From contig CAKKSE010000008.1 of NCBI GenBank assembly GCA_919903025.1, positions 16,334-80,333 of the forward strand: 64,000 nucleotides of DNA, read 5' to 3'. The notes under the pieces are model-generated. The model was not told the origin of the DNA. It did no database searches and saw only the letters and a list, made by a program, of their open reading frames with translations. Made by a program: the position numbers and the translations under genes. Positions 46,233 to 55,460 of this stretch are shown here, piece after piece. This DNA comes from Nitrospiria bacterium (lineage in GTDB: Bacteria; Nitrospirota; RBG-16-64-22). The number at the start of each line of letters is the position of its first letter. Position 1 is the stretch's first letter.

Positions 46233-48236
46233 ATGATCTCAATCCAGAATCTCCAGAAATCGTTCGGCGGCCGGGTCCTCTTCCGTGACGCCTCGCTCCG
46301 GATCGGCGCCCGGGACCGCGTGGCCCTCGTCGGGCCGAACGGCGCGGGAAAGACGACGCTGTTCGAGATGGTCGCCGGGAACGAACCGCGGGACGGCGGC
46401 GAGATCGTTATCGCCCGCGGCGTCACGGTGGGTTACCTTCCCCAGGAGATCCTTCCCCAGGGGAGCCGGGACGTCCTCAAGGAAGTCCTATCCGTCGCGG
46501 GCGACATCACGAGCATCGAGCACCGGCTGAAAGCCCTGGAAGCCGACATGGCCGAGGCGCCTCCCGAAGAAGCCGAGCGCCTCGCCCACGAGCACGGCGA
46601 GCTCATGCACCACTTCGAGCGGATGGGCGGATACATGATCGAGAACGAGGCCAAGCGCATTCTCACCGGCCTCGCCTTCCGGGAGACCGACCTCTCGCGC
46701 AGCGTGGAGACGTTCTCCGGCGGCTGGCGGATGCGGATCGCCCTGGCCAAGCTCCTCCTGGTCAACCCGGACCTCCTCCTCCTGGACGAGCCGACGAACC
46801 ATCTCGACCTTCTTTCCGTCATCTGGCTCGAGGGGTTCCTCCGCGCGTACGAAGGAGCGATCGCCGTCATCTCCCACGACCGCCAGTTTCTGAACAACCT
46901 CTGCACCGGCGTGGTGGAAATCGAGGGCGGGAGGCTCGCGGCCTACGTGGGAAACTACGAGGCCTTTACGGCGGCCAAGGCGGAGGGCCGGGCAATCCTC
47001 GAAGCGACGGCCAAGAACCAGCAAAAGAAGATCGCCGAGACCGAGAAGTTCATCGAGCGGTTCCGGTACAAGGCGACGAAAGCCCGGCAGGTCCAGAGCC
47101 GGATCAAGATGCTCGCAAAGGTGGACCGCGTCGCCCTTTCCGAGGAGCGGAAGAAGGTCCGCTTCCATTTCCCCGATCCGCCCCGGTCGGGGGAAGACGT
47201 GCTGGTTCTCTCCGGGGTCTCCAAGTCCTACGGCGGGAAGACCGTCTACCAGGACCTCGATCTCACCGTGCGTCGCGGGCAGAAGATCGCCTTGGTCGGG
47301 CCGAACGGCGCCGGCAAGTCCACCCTGCTCAAGATCCTGGCGGGCGTCCTGCCGTTCGAGACGGGCGAGCGGCGCGTGGGCCACAACGTGGAGACCGCCT
47401 ACTACGCCCAGCATCAGCTCGAGGCGCTCGAGCCCCGGCGGACGATCCTCGCGGAGATGCAGAACCACTGCCCGGAAGATTCCCAGGAGCGCCTCCGGAC
47501 CCTTCTCGGCGCGTTCCTCTTCACGGGAGACGACGTCGACAAGAAGATCTCCGTCCTCTCGGGCGGCGAGAAGGCGCGCGTCGCCCTCGCCAAGATGCTC
47601 GTCCGCCCGGCGAACTTCCTCTGCCTCGACGAACCCACGAACCACCTGGACATCCCTTCCCGCGACATTCTCGAATCGGCCCTCTCCAGCTTCGCCGGGA
47701 CTGTCGTCTTCATCACGCACGACCGGCACCTGATCCGCGCCATCGCCAACGGGATCGTCGAGATCGACGGCGGGCGCGCGTCGATCTATCCCGGCGATTA
47801 CGACTACTATCTGTACAAGAAGGGTGTATCAACCACGACCGCCTCGCGCGAATCGAGCGTGCCCACACCCCCTCCTCCCCTCCCCCCGCCCGCGGTGGGA
47901 GGGCCAGGGTGGGGGGCGGTCGCGTCCGGCCCGAAGACCCGTGACATGAAGAAAGCCGAGGCCGAAGCGCGGAACGCCCGGTACAAAGCGACGAACAGCG
48001 TGAAGAACCGGGTCAAAAAGGTGGAGGAATCGCTGAACAAAGCGCTGATCCGGAAGGAAGAGATCGAGCGTCAACTTGCCGATCCGGCGTTCTACGAGAA
48101 GAAGGAATCCTTCTTCGAGCTTCTCTCCGAGCACGGGAAGCTCAAGAAAGAGGTAGAGCGGTTCACGGCCGAGTGGGAGAAACTCTCCGCGCAACTGGAA
48201 GAAGCCGAGCAGGCCCTCGCCGAAACGGGGACCTGA
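46233..48236 (+). CDS. ABC-F family ATPase (two ABC domains, no TMD; Uup/EttA-like) with a C-terminal coiled coil
   Basis: Two Walker A motifs ([18 protein letters not shown]), two LSGG signatures and a C-terminal KE-rich coiled coil. The linker between ABC2 and the coiled coil contains a Pro/Gly-rich segment encoded by a G-rich repeat element. Confidence 0.85.
   Translation: MISIQNLQKSFGGRVLFRDASLRIGARDRVALVGPNGAGKTTLFEMVAGNEPRDGGEIVIARGVTVGYLPQEILPQGSRDVLKEVLSVAGDITSIEHRLKALEADMAEAPPEEAERLAHEHGELMHHFERMGGYMIENEAKRILTGLAFRETDLSRSVETFSGGWRMRIALAKLLLVNPDLLLLDEPTNHLDLLSVIWLEGFLRAYEGAIAVISHDRQFLNNLCTGVVEIEGGRLAAYVGNYEAFTAAKAEGRAILEATAKNQQKKIAETEKFIERFRYKATKARQVQSRIKMLAKVDRVALSEERKKVRFHFPDPPRSGEDVLVLSGVSKSYGGKTVYQDLDLTVRRGQKIALVGPNGAGKSTLLKILAGVLPFETGERRVGHNVETAYYAQHQLEALEPRRTILAEMQNHCPEDSQERLRTLLGAFLFTGDDVDKKISVLSGGEKARVALAKMLVRPANFLCLDEPTNHLDIPSRDILESALSSFAGTVVFITHDRHLIRAIANGIVEIDGGRASIYPGDYDYYLYKKGVSTTTASRESSVPTPPPPLPPPAVGGPGWGAVASGPKTRDMKKAEAEARNARYKATNSVKNRVKKVEESLNKALIRKEEIERQLADPAFYEKKESFFELLSEHGKLKKEVERFTAEWEKLSAQLEEAEQALAETGT
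47868..47919. repeat. G-rich element (CCCTCCCC...GGGAGGGCCAGGGTGGGGG) embedded in-frame in the ABC-F coding sequence
   Basis: The 19-nt string GGGAGGGCCAGGGTGGGGG also occurs at about 55199-55218 in intergenic DNA. Here it encodes [18 protein letters not shown]. Confidence 0.5.
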
Positions 48237-49081
48237 TGAACAGCCGTCCGCCGGTCGCGCTTCTCGTTCTCCGGCTCCTTCCCCTGCGGCTCGTCTCCCG
48301 GCTGGCCGGCTGGCTGGCCGACAGGCGCCTCCCTCCTTCGATCCTCAAGCCGCTCATCAATTGGTACGCAAACCATTATGACGTGGACATGGACGAGGCG
48401 GTCGAGCCGCCGGGCGGATTCGGCACGTTCAACGAGTTCTTTGTCCGCCCCCTCAAGGAGGGCGCTCGGCCCGTCGATCCGTCTCCCGACGCCGTCGTCT
48501 CGCCCGTGGACGGCCGGCTCGTCATGACCGGAACGATCGAGGATGGGCGTCTCATCCAGGCGAAAGGCCTCGACTACTCAACCGTGGATCTTCTGGGCTC
48601 GCGGGAGGCCGCGGCATTGTTCGCGGGAGGGGGGTATGCGACCCTCTATCTCTCCCCCCGCGACTACCACCGAATCCACGCGCCCGTCGCCGGAAGGGTC
48701 GCAAGCGTCCGCCGCCGCCGCGGCCGCCTTCTTCCGGTGAATGATCTTTCAGTCCCGTTCGTAAAGGACCTCTTCGCCACGAACGAGCGGGTGATCGTGT
48801 CCATGGAGACGGAAGCCGGGCCAGTGGCCGTCGTGATGGTGGGGGCAACCAACGTGGGCCGGATCTCGCTGGCGTTCGAGGTTGCACCGGCGCAACGGCG
48901 GACGGACTGGGACTGGACGCCGGAACGCGACATCCGCCTCGCCAAGGGCGAGGAGCTGGGCCGCTTCGAGCTGGGCTCCACGGTGATCCTCCTCTTTGGA
49001 CAAGAGCGCGTGGCCCTCGATCCGTTCGCCGTGGGCGCCAGCGTCCAGATGGGCTCCCGCCTGGGACAAATCGTCCCGTAG
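48236..49081 (+). CDS. psd: Phosphatidylserine decarboxylase proenzyme
   Basis: PSD family motifs (FNEFF, LSPRDYHR, GST cleavage-site region near the C-terminus). ATG overlaps the ABC-F stop. Confidence 0.8.
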   Translation: MNSRPPVALLVLRLLPLRLVSRLAGWLADRRLPPSILKPLINWYANHYDVDMDEAVEPPGGFGTFNEFFVRPLKEGARPVDPSPDAVVSPVDGRLVMTGTIEDGRLIQAKGLDYSTVDLLGSREAAALFAGGGYATLYLSPRDYHRIHAPVAGRVASVRRRRGRLLPVNDLSVPFVKDLFATNERVIVSMETEAGPVAVVMVGATNVGRISLAFEVAPAQRRTDWDWTPERDIRLAKGEELGRFELGSTVILLFGQERVALDPFAVGASVQMGSRLGQIVP

Positions 49082-49222
49082 GGGTCGCACGGCCGCGCGC
49101 CCCTGCGCATCGAGGGTCGAGATCGCCGAATCGGCTTTCCCAGCCCGCTTTTCGCCGGCGCCTGGAAGGCGATGCCGCCTCGTTTGACACACGGACCCAA
49201 AAAGGGTACAAACGCACCCAAT

Positions 49223-49657
49223 ATGGGTGCGGAGATCGCCCCAGCTAGCCCCACCGACCTGAACGATGTTCTCGCGCTCCTGGCGGGCACCTCTCTCCCC
49301 ACGGACGGAGTCGCGGAATACTTTCGGCACTTCGTGGCGGCTCGGGTGGAGGACCGCGTCGTGGGCTCCGTCGGGATGGAGCCGTATGGGCCCAGCGCCC
49401 TCCTTCGTTCGCTGGTCGTGGCCCCGGATCTGAGGAATCAGGGAATAGGCCAGGCTCTCGCCAAGGAGCTCATCGCCAGGCTGCGCCAACAAGGAACCCG
49501 GCAGGTCTTCCTCCTGACGGAAACGACACTCACCTTCTTCGAGCGCCTCGGCTTTCGTCGTATCCCCCGAAGCGAAGCGGACCCGGCTGTCCAGCAGTCC
49601 GTCGAGTTTCGCTCAGCCTTTTGCGAGTCCGCCGCCTGCATGCAACTCGACCTCTGA
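49223..49657 (+). CDS. GNAT-family N-acetyltransferase
   Basis: Acetyl-CoA-binding motif RNQGIGQALAKEL (Q/RxxGxG/A). About 145 aa. Confidence 0.7.
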   Translation: MGAEIAPASPTDLNDVLALLAGTSLPTDGVAEYFRHFVAARVEDRVVGSVGMEPYGPSALLRSLVVAPDLRNQGIGQALAKELIARLRQQGTRQVFLLTETTLTFFERLGFRRIPRSEADPAVQQSVEFRSAFCESAACMQLDL

Positions 49658-49723
49658 CCAATCTTGCCCCGGGCGCGCGCTGGCGGCTTGGCTGACCGCG
49701 ACCCGCATCCCATGGGATCGGAC

Positions 49724-49772
49724 TTGACACAACCACGCCAATTCCGTATTGTCATACCAACCGGTAGGTATG
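49724..49772 (+). promoter_or_regulatory. Sigma-70-like promoter (TTGACA-17-TATTGT) with an imperfect palindrome CATACCAACCGGTAGGTATG overlapping the tetR start (likely TetR operator)
   Basis: Read directly: -35 at 49724-49729, -10 at 49747-49752, palindrome at 49753-49772. Confidence 0.45.
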
Positions 49773-50381
49773 CAAATGAGGAAACCACAGCCTGACTCCC
49801 CAACAAAGCGGAAACTCCTGGCGGCCGCCCAGAACCTTATGCTGGCCAAGGGATTCACCGCTACAACCGTGGATGATGTCTGTGAGTCAGCGAGGCTCAC
49901 GAAAGGAAGCTTCTTTCACTACTTCGAAACAAAAGAAGCCTTGGGGAAAGCCGTGCTGGACCGGTATGTCTCGACGATGTTTCAGGCCATCCAGGACGCG
50001 CCGTTCCTGAAAAAGGATGACCCCCTTCAGCGGATCTATGGCTACGTGGATTTCCTGATAGAGATGTCCCGGAACCCCGCCAAGCAAAGCGGCTGCCTGC
50101 TCGGGACCTTCTCGCAGGAGCTTTCTGACACCCATCCCGGCATCCGGAAGACTTGTGCCCAGCATTTCGCCCGTTGGGCCGAGGCCCTCCGGCTGGACAT
50201 CGCGTCCGCGAAGGCCAAGCACGCCGGAAGGAAACGCTGGGACCCCGCGGCACTGGCCGAGCACATCATCATAGTCGTGGAGGGATCCCTTATCCTGGCG
50301 AGGGCAAACCAGAACTACGGAGTCGTTGAAAGGAACCTGAAACAACTCAAGCAGTACATGAACGGTCTCTTTGGCAGATGA
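49770..50381 (+). CDS. TetR-family transcriptional regulator
   Basis: N-terminal TetR HTH (TTVDDVCESARLTKGSFFHYFETKEAL). The ORF also allows a TTG start at 49749. Confidence 0.8.
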   Translation: MQMRKPQPDSPTKRKLLAAAQNLMLAKGFTATTVDDVCESARLTKGSFFHYFETKEALGKAVLDRYVSTMFQAIQDAPFLKKDDPLQRIYGYVDFLIEMSRNPAKQSGCLLGTFSQELSDTHPGIRKTCAQHFARWAEALRLDIASAKAKHAGRKRWDPAALAEHIIIVVEGSLILARANQNYGVVERNLKQLKQYMNGLFGR

Positions 50382-50398
50382 CAAGGGAGGGAAACGCC

Positions 50399-51283
50399 AT
50401 GTACGTCGTTATCGGGGCAACGGGTAACACGGGAAGAGCGGTCGCCGAGACCCTGCTGGCCAGCGGCAAGAAGGTCAGAGTCGTCGGGCGGAGCGCCGAG
50501 CGGCTGAAACCTCTCATCAAAAAGGGCGCCGAACCGTTCGTCGGCTCCGTGGACGATCCGTCCGCGATGGCTCGCGCCTTCCAGGGAGCAAAGGCCGTCT
50601 ATGCCATGGTCCCGCCGAACTATACCGCGGAGAACCCGCGGGCAGACCAGAACAAGATTGGCGACGCCCTCGCAAGGGCCCTCGCCGAGGCGCGCGTCAC
50701 GCACGTCGTCAACCTGAGCAGCCTGGGCGCCCATCTCTCGAATGGGGCCGGCCCCATCAGCGGGCTCCACGACGTCGAAAAACGGCTCAGCACCCTGAGC
50801 GGCGCCCACATCGTCCACCTTCGGCCGGCCTACTTCATGGAGAACTTCCTCTTGAACATTCCCCTCATCAAAGGCCAGGGGATCAACGGGAGCCCGATGC
50901 GGCCCGACATCCCCATGCCAATGATCGCGACGCAGGACATCGCAACCGAGGCCGTTCGGCTCCTCCTGGACCTTGGCTTCTCCGGGAAGACGACGCGCGA
51001 ATTGATGGGGCCAAGAGACCTGAGCATGGTAGAAGCCACCCGCATCATCGGCTCCGCGATCGGCAAGCCGGATCTTCCCTATGTTCAATTTCCTTACGAG
51101 CAGGCCGAGAAGGCGATGGCCGGGATGGGGCTGTCGGCAGGGATGGCGCAGGCCATGACGGAGATGTACCGCGGCTTCAACGAGGGGGCCATAAGGTCCG
51201 CCGAGGGGCGATCAACCCGGAACACGACTGCGACCTCTCTTGAGGAGTTCGCCAAGCGCTTTGCAGCCGCATACGCCGCCTAG
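50399..51283 (+). CDS. NmrA-like NAD(P)H-binding protein (atypical SDR)
   Basis: GATGNTG Rossmann motif at the N-terminus. About 295 aa. Strong GGGAGG ribosome-binding site. Confidence 0.7.
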   Translation: MYVVIGATGNTGRAVAETLLASGKKVRVVGRSAERLKPLIKKGAEPFVGSVDDPSAMARAFQGAKAVYAMVPPNYTAENPRADQNKIGDALARALAEARVTHVVNLSSLGAHLSNGAGPISGLHDVEKRLSTLSGAHIVHLRPAYFMENFLLNIPLIKGQGINGSPMRPDIPMPMIATQDIATEAVRLLLDLGFSGKTTRELMGPRDLSMVEATRIIGSAIGKPDLPYVQFPYEQAEKAMAGMGLSAGMAQAMTEMYRGFNEGAIRSAEGRSTRNTTATSLEEFAKRFAAAYAA

Positions 51284-51430
51284 CGGTGTGTCCCACAAGC
51301 AGCTTTGCAGGCCGTTCGCGGTAAGTCCCGCCATCCGCCTTCAAGAAGAGCCGGAAACGCCGTTGATTTCCCCGCCGCTTCCGGTACAATACCGGCTCGC
51401 TCCAACCCTTCCAGGAGGTTTCGCGTGAAG

Positions 51431-52795
51431 ATGGCCTCAACCCCCGACGAGCGAAGAGCGGCGGCCGATCCCGTCTCCGCTTTTCTCGATCGCATCGCAA
51501 CCAGGCAAGCCCGCGTCGGAGTCGTCGGCCTGGGATACGTCGGCCTTCCCCTCGTCCTTCGGTTCGCCGAAGAGGGGTTCGAAGTCCTCGGCTTCGACGT
51601 GGACCCCCGCAAGGTCGAGGCATTGAACGCCGGCCGCTCCTACATCCACCACATCAAGGCGGAGACTGTCTCCGCCGCGCGCTTCCGTCCGGCCAAGCCG
51701 CTCGCCGCCACGGCCGACTTCGACCGGCTCTCCGAAGCCGACGCGATCATCGTCTGCGTCCCGACGCCGCTCGACGACCACCGGGAGCCAGACCTTCGCT
51801 ACATCGACCAGACGGCCGAATCGATCGCGCGCGTCCTCCGGCCGGGCCAGCTCGTCGTCCTCGAGAGCACGACTTATCCCGGGACGACGGATGAACGCCT
51901 CCTCACGCGCTTCTCGGCCGGGGGAATGCAGGTGGGCCGAGATTTCTTCCTGGCGTTCTCGCCCGAGCGGGAGGACCCGGGAAACCCGAAGTTCTCCACG
52001 CGCACGATCCCGAAGGTGGTGGGCGGGACGACGCCCGCGTGCCGCGAGGCCGCCGTCGCCCTGTACCAGTCAGTGATCGACAAGGTGGTCCCCGTCTCCT
52101 CGACGCGGGCGGCCGAGCTCACGAAACTCCTCGAGAACATCTATCGAAGCGTCAACATCGCCCTGGTCAACGAGCTCAAGGTCCTCTGCGACAGGATGGG
52201 GCTCGACATCTGGGAGGTCATCGATGCGGCCAAGACCAAGCCGTTCGGCTTCACGCCGTTTTACCCCGGCCCCGGCCTGGGCGGCCACTGCATCCCGATC
52301 GATCCGTTCTATCTCACGTGGAAGGCGCGGGAGTACGACTTCGCGACGCGGTTCATCGAGCTGGCCGGAGAGATCAACGCCGGGATGCCCGAATACGTCG
52401 TCCGGCGGATCGTGGACGCCCTCTCCGACAAGGGGAAGGGAATCCGCGGAGCGAAGATTCTGGTCCTGGGCGTGGCCTATAAGAAGGACGTGGACGACCA
52501 GCGGGAATCTCCCTCGCTCAAGCTGATCGAACTTCTCAAGGGACGAGGCGCGGAGGTCTCCTACCACGACCCTTACGTCCCCGTCTGCCGCGGACACCGG
52601 CACTATCCGGACCTGGAACTCAAATCGGTCCCCATGACGGACGAGTTCCTCCGGTCGGTCGACTGCGTCCTGATCGCCACGGACCACTCGAACGTGGACT
52701 ACGGCCGCGTCGTGGCCCTGGCCCCCCTCGTCGTCGACACCCGGAACGCCGCCAAGAACGTTCAGCACGGCCGGGAAAAGATCGTCAAGGCCTGA
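51431..52795 (+). CDS. Nucleotide-sugar dehydrogenase (UDP-GlcNAc/UDP-ManNAc 6-dehydrogenase, WbpO/TviB/WecC-like)
   Basis: GxGYVG NAD-binding motif, catalytic Cys region (GGHCIPIDP). About 455 aa. Confidence 0.8.
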   Translation: MASTPDERRAAADPVSAFLDRIATRQARVGVVGLGYVGLPLVLRFAEEGFEVLGFDVDPRKVEALNAGRSYIHHIKAETVSAARFRPAKPLAATADFDRLSEADAIIVCVPTPLDDHREPDLRYIDQTAESIARVLRPGQLVVLESTTYPGTTDERLLTRFSAGGMQVGRDFFLAFSPEREDPGNPKFSTRTIPKVVGGTTPACREAAVALYQSVIDKVVPVSSTRAAELTKLLENIYRSVNIALVNELKVLCDRMGLDIWEVIDAAKTKPFGFTPFYPGPGLGGHCIPIDPFYLTWKAREYDFATRFIELAGEINAGMPEYVVRRIVDALSDKGKGIRGAKILVLGVAYKKDVDDQRESPSLKLIELLKGRGAEVSYHDPYVPVCRGHRHYPDLELKSVPMTDEFLRSVDCVLIATDHSNVDYGRVVALAPLVVDTRNAAKNVQHGREKIVKA

Positions 52796-52798
52796 CCC

Positions 52799-53755
52799 GT
52801 GAACGTCCTCGTCACCGGCGGAGCCGGGTTCATCGGATCCAACCTCGTCCTCGCCCTGCTCGACCGGGGCGACCGTGTCCGCGTCCTGGACAACTTCGCC
52901 ACGGGGAGCAGGGACAACCTCGACGGGATCGAACCGGACCGCGCCGACCGCCTCGACGTCGTTGAGGGAGATATCCGCGATCAGGCCGCCTGCCGCGAGG
53001 CCTGCCGCGGCGTCGAGGTCGTCTATCATCAGGCGGCCCTGGGCTCCGTCCCCCGCTCGATCGAGGACCCGTCGACGACCGACGCCGTCAACATTCACGG
53101 CACGGTCAACATCTTCTCGGCTGGCCGCGAGGCCGGCGTTCGCCGGATCGTCTATGCGTCGTCCTCCTCGGTTTACGGAGACGAGCCGACTCTCCCCAAG
53201 GTCGAGGGCCGGATCGGCCGGCCGCTCTCGCCGTACGCTCTGACAAAGCTCACCAACGAGCGGTACGCCGACCTCTTCGCGTCCCTGTACGGAATGACGC
53301 TCGTTGGACTCCGGTACTTCAACATCTTCGGTCCCCGCCAGAGCCCGGACGGACCCTACGCCGCCGTGATTCCCCGCTTCATCCAGGCGCTTCTCTCGAA
53401 GAAAGCGGCGACGATCAACGGCGACGGCGAACAGAGCCGCGACTTCACGTACGTCGCCAACGCCGTCCAGGCGAACATCAAGGCGGCGGACGCGGGACTC
53501 CCGGCCGGCCACCATGTCTTCAACGTGGCCTGCGGCGAACGGTTCACGCTCAATGAGCTTCACCGGGTCCTGGCCGGCATGGTGGAGTCGCCCGTTCCTC
53601 CAATCCACGGTCCCGCCAGACCGGGGGACGTCCGGCACTCCCTCGCCGACATCATGGCGATTCAAGAGCGGCTCGGATACGCCCCGGAAACCGACATGGA
53701 AGCAGGCCTCCGCCGGACGCTTGATTGGTTTCGGATGGGGTCGCGGCCCGCCTGA
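52799..53755 (+). CDS. NAD-dependent epimerase/dehydratase (UDP-GlcNAc(A) 4-epimerase, WbpP/TviC-like), GTG start
   Basis: GGAGFIGS, YxxxK (YALTK) and an extended-SDR fold. Adjacent to the dehydrogenase, as in UDP-GalNAcA pathways. Confidence 0.8.
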   Translation: MNVLVTGGAGFIGSNLVLALLDRGDRVRVLDNFATGSRDNLDGIEPDRADRLDVVEGDIRDQAACREACRGVEVVYHQAALGSVPRSIEDPSTTDAVNIHGTVNIFSAGREAGVRRIVYASSSSVYGDEPTLPKVEGRIGRPLSPYALTKLTNERYADLFASLYGMTLVGLRYFNIFGPRQSPDGPYAAVIPRFIQALLSKKAATINGDGEQSRDFTYVANAVQANIKAADAGLPAGHHVFNVACGERFTLNELHRVLAGMVESPVPPIHGPARPGDVRHSLADIMAIQERLGYAPETDMEAGLRRTLDWFRMGSRPA

Positions 53756-53803
53756 TTCGCCGAGTGAATCGCCTCAAACGGTTGCGTGAGGAGGATATGA
53801 ACC

Positions 53804-54283
53804 ATGGAGACCTGCCCGGAATGTCTGTCCCCCGTCCCGGGCGAGGCATCCGTGTGTGCCGCCTGTGGGAGACGGATCAAGGGAAAGCAATGCCCAGAGT
53901 GCGGCGAACTGTCAAGGGCGGTCGCCAAGAAGTGCCAGTACTGTGGGCACAGCTTTGCGCGTGAGGAGAAGGTCGCGAGATTCGAACCTTATAGAACGAA
54001 GGCCTCCCTCCTCCCCACGCTCCTCCTTCGCGGCCGCTTGATCCCGCAAGAAATTCAGTTAACCCCTGACAAGATCGTTATCCGGAGCTGGGGCTTCTTC
54101 TGGCTCAGCCGCACCGACGAAGAAAGCCCCTGGGAAAAGATCGCGGGGTATCACTACCATTCCGGGTGGTTCTGGGATGGCGTCGAAATCCAGACCCGAG
54201 GCCAAAGAGCAAGCATCATAACTTGCTTGCCAAAACCAAGCGCGGCTCACATCAAGCGAATTTTGGAGCAAATGAAAGAGTAA
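53804..54283 (+). CDS. Double zinc-ribbon protein with a C-terminal bacterial PH-like domain
   Basis: CPEC...CAACG...CPECG...CQYCG (two C4 ribbons), then a roughly 90-aa bPH-like region. Confidence 0.5.
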   Translation: METCPECLSPVPGEASVCAACGRRIKGKQCPECGELSRAVAKKCQYCGHSFAREEKVARFEPYRTKASLLPTLLLRGRLIPQEIQLTPDKIVIRSWGFFWLSRTDEESPWEKIAGYHYHSGWFWDGVEIQTRGQRASIITCLPKPSAAHIKRILEQMKE

Positions 54284-54723
54284 AAACCCTCTCTAAACTA
54301 CGCGTCTACCTTCCGCAACTCTCAGGGGTCCACTGCAAGCCGCTCGACCCCGAAAGGGAGAGGAGGGCAGGCACGGTGTGCTTGCCCTACGGTGGCTTTT
54401 CGTAGGGCGGGTCACTGAACCCGCCTGAATTGATGCCCCGTGTTCTCCTCCCCCCCCCTAGACGGCCTGCCGGTCACCCGTAGACGACAGGGAGTCGACT
54501 GAAAGAGACCCAAGGATTCCGTCTCTCCGCCGCTGGACACTCTGGAACCACGACGTAACTCGCCGTTTTCATTGAGTATTCATCCAGTCGCTCTTTTCGG
54601 TCCGACCGCTCCCGTTATTGGAACATGGGTTGCATATCAGTTCATCCGGCCGTCGTCAAAGGGGATCGCGGCTCCTTGAAACGCAACTCAAGCCTCCGGC
54701 GCGGGCCGGAAGAACAAGGAGAA

Positions 54724-54921
54724 ATGACGATGACCCTCCTCGACAACATCGCCGAAGTCCACCTGGACGGTCTCGAAGCCGTGGTTGACATCGCAAAGAA
54801 CGACCCCGAATTCCTGAGCCAGCTCCGGCGGGACCCGGCTGAGGCCGTTCGAAAGGTCGGGATCGTTCTCTCCGACTTCGAATGGAGAATCATCCGCACG
54901 GCCGCCCGCCACATCGTTTGA
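54724..54921 (+). CDS. Small acidic protein (65 aa) with faint resemblance to NHLP/Nif11-type leader-like helices; function unknown
   Basis: AAGGAG ribosome-binding site 7 nt upstream. LSQLRRDPAEAVRKVGIVLSDFE resembles the DPxxAxxxxGxxL pattern of that family. Confidence 0.3.
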   Translation: MTMTLLDNIAEVHLDGLEAVVDIAKNDPEFLSQLRRDPAEAVRKVGIVLSDFEWRIIRTAARHIV

Positions 54922-55087
54922 TCGAAGGCAAGACGGATCGAGCCCAAACCGCCACGGACGGCATCATCCACGACTTCCCCCGCCAGCCGGAAATCCCTCC
55001 GCTCTCAGGGTGTTGAAAAAGTGGTCCTTCCGGCTTTCCTGTGGGTATCCCCCGCATGTTGTGGTCTCGGGATGTCCGCGTTTTTTC

Positions 55088-55222
55088 CCCCCCACCTTGA
55101 TCCTCCCCCGCAAGGGGGGAGGAGAGCGTGAGGCGGAAACGCCGCTTTTCCAAGGAGGTGGAGGAAGCCCTCAGAAAACAATCCCCTCCCCCTGGACGGG
55201 GGAGGGCCAGGGTGGGGGTGGT
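55088..55222. repeat. Two G-rich hairpin units (TCCTCCCCC-GCAA-GGGGGGAGGA and CCCCTCCCCC-TGGAC-GGGGGAGGG) plus the shared GGGAGGGCCAGGGTGGGGG segment
   Basis: Read directly in the 500-bp intergenic region upstream of the addB-like gene. Confidence 0.5.
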
Positions 55223-55460
55223 CGAGCGGGGCAACGCTTCCCCCAAGATATGGGCCACACCCACACAAAACCCGGATGCGCCGAAAAAGTATCTCACCCC
55301 AGCATCTCCTGGATTCCCGCTTTCGCGGGAATGGCGTGGAAGGGTGCGCGGGAGGTTTTTCAACAAGCTCCTATTGTTCGATCAGCCCCAATCTGATATT
55401 GATTGACCGGCGCATCCGGGAGTGACCCCATCTGTCACGGACGTCTGCTACCCTTTCACC

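Noticed and set aside
41581-48040. Long antisense ORFs opposite tldD/pmbA/cysQ (894 aa), mtgA (497 aa) and the ABC-F gene (413 aa)
   Set aside because: Shadow ORFs. The sense-strand genes have unambiguous family motifs.
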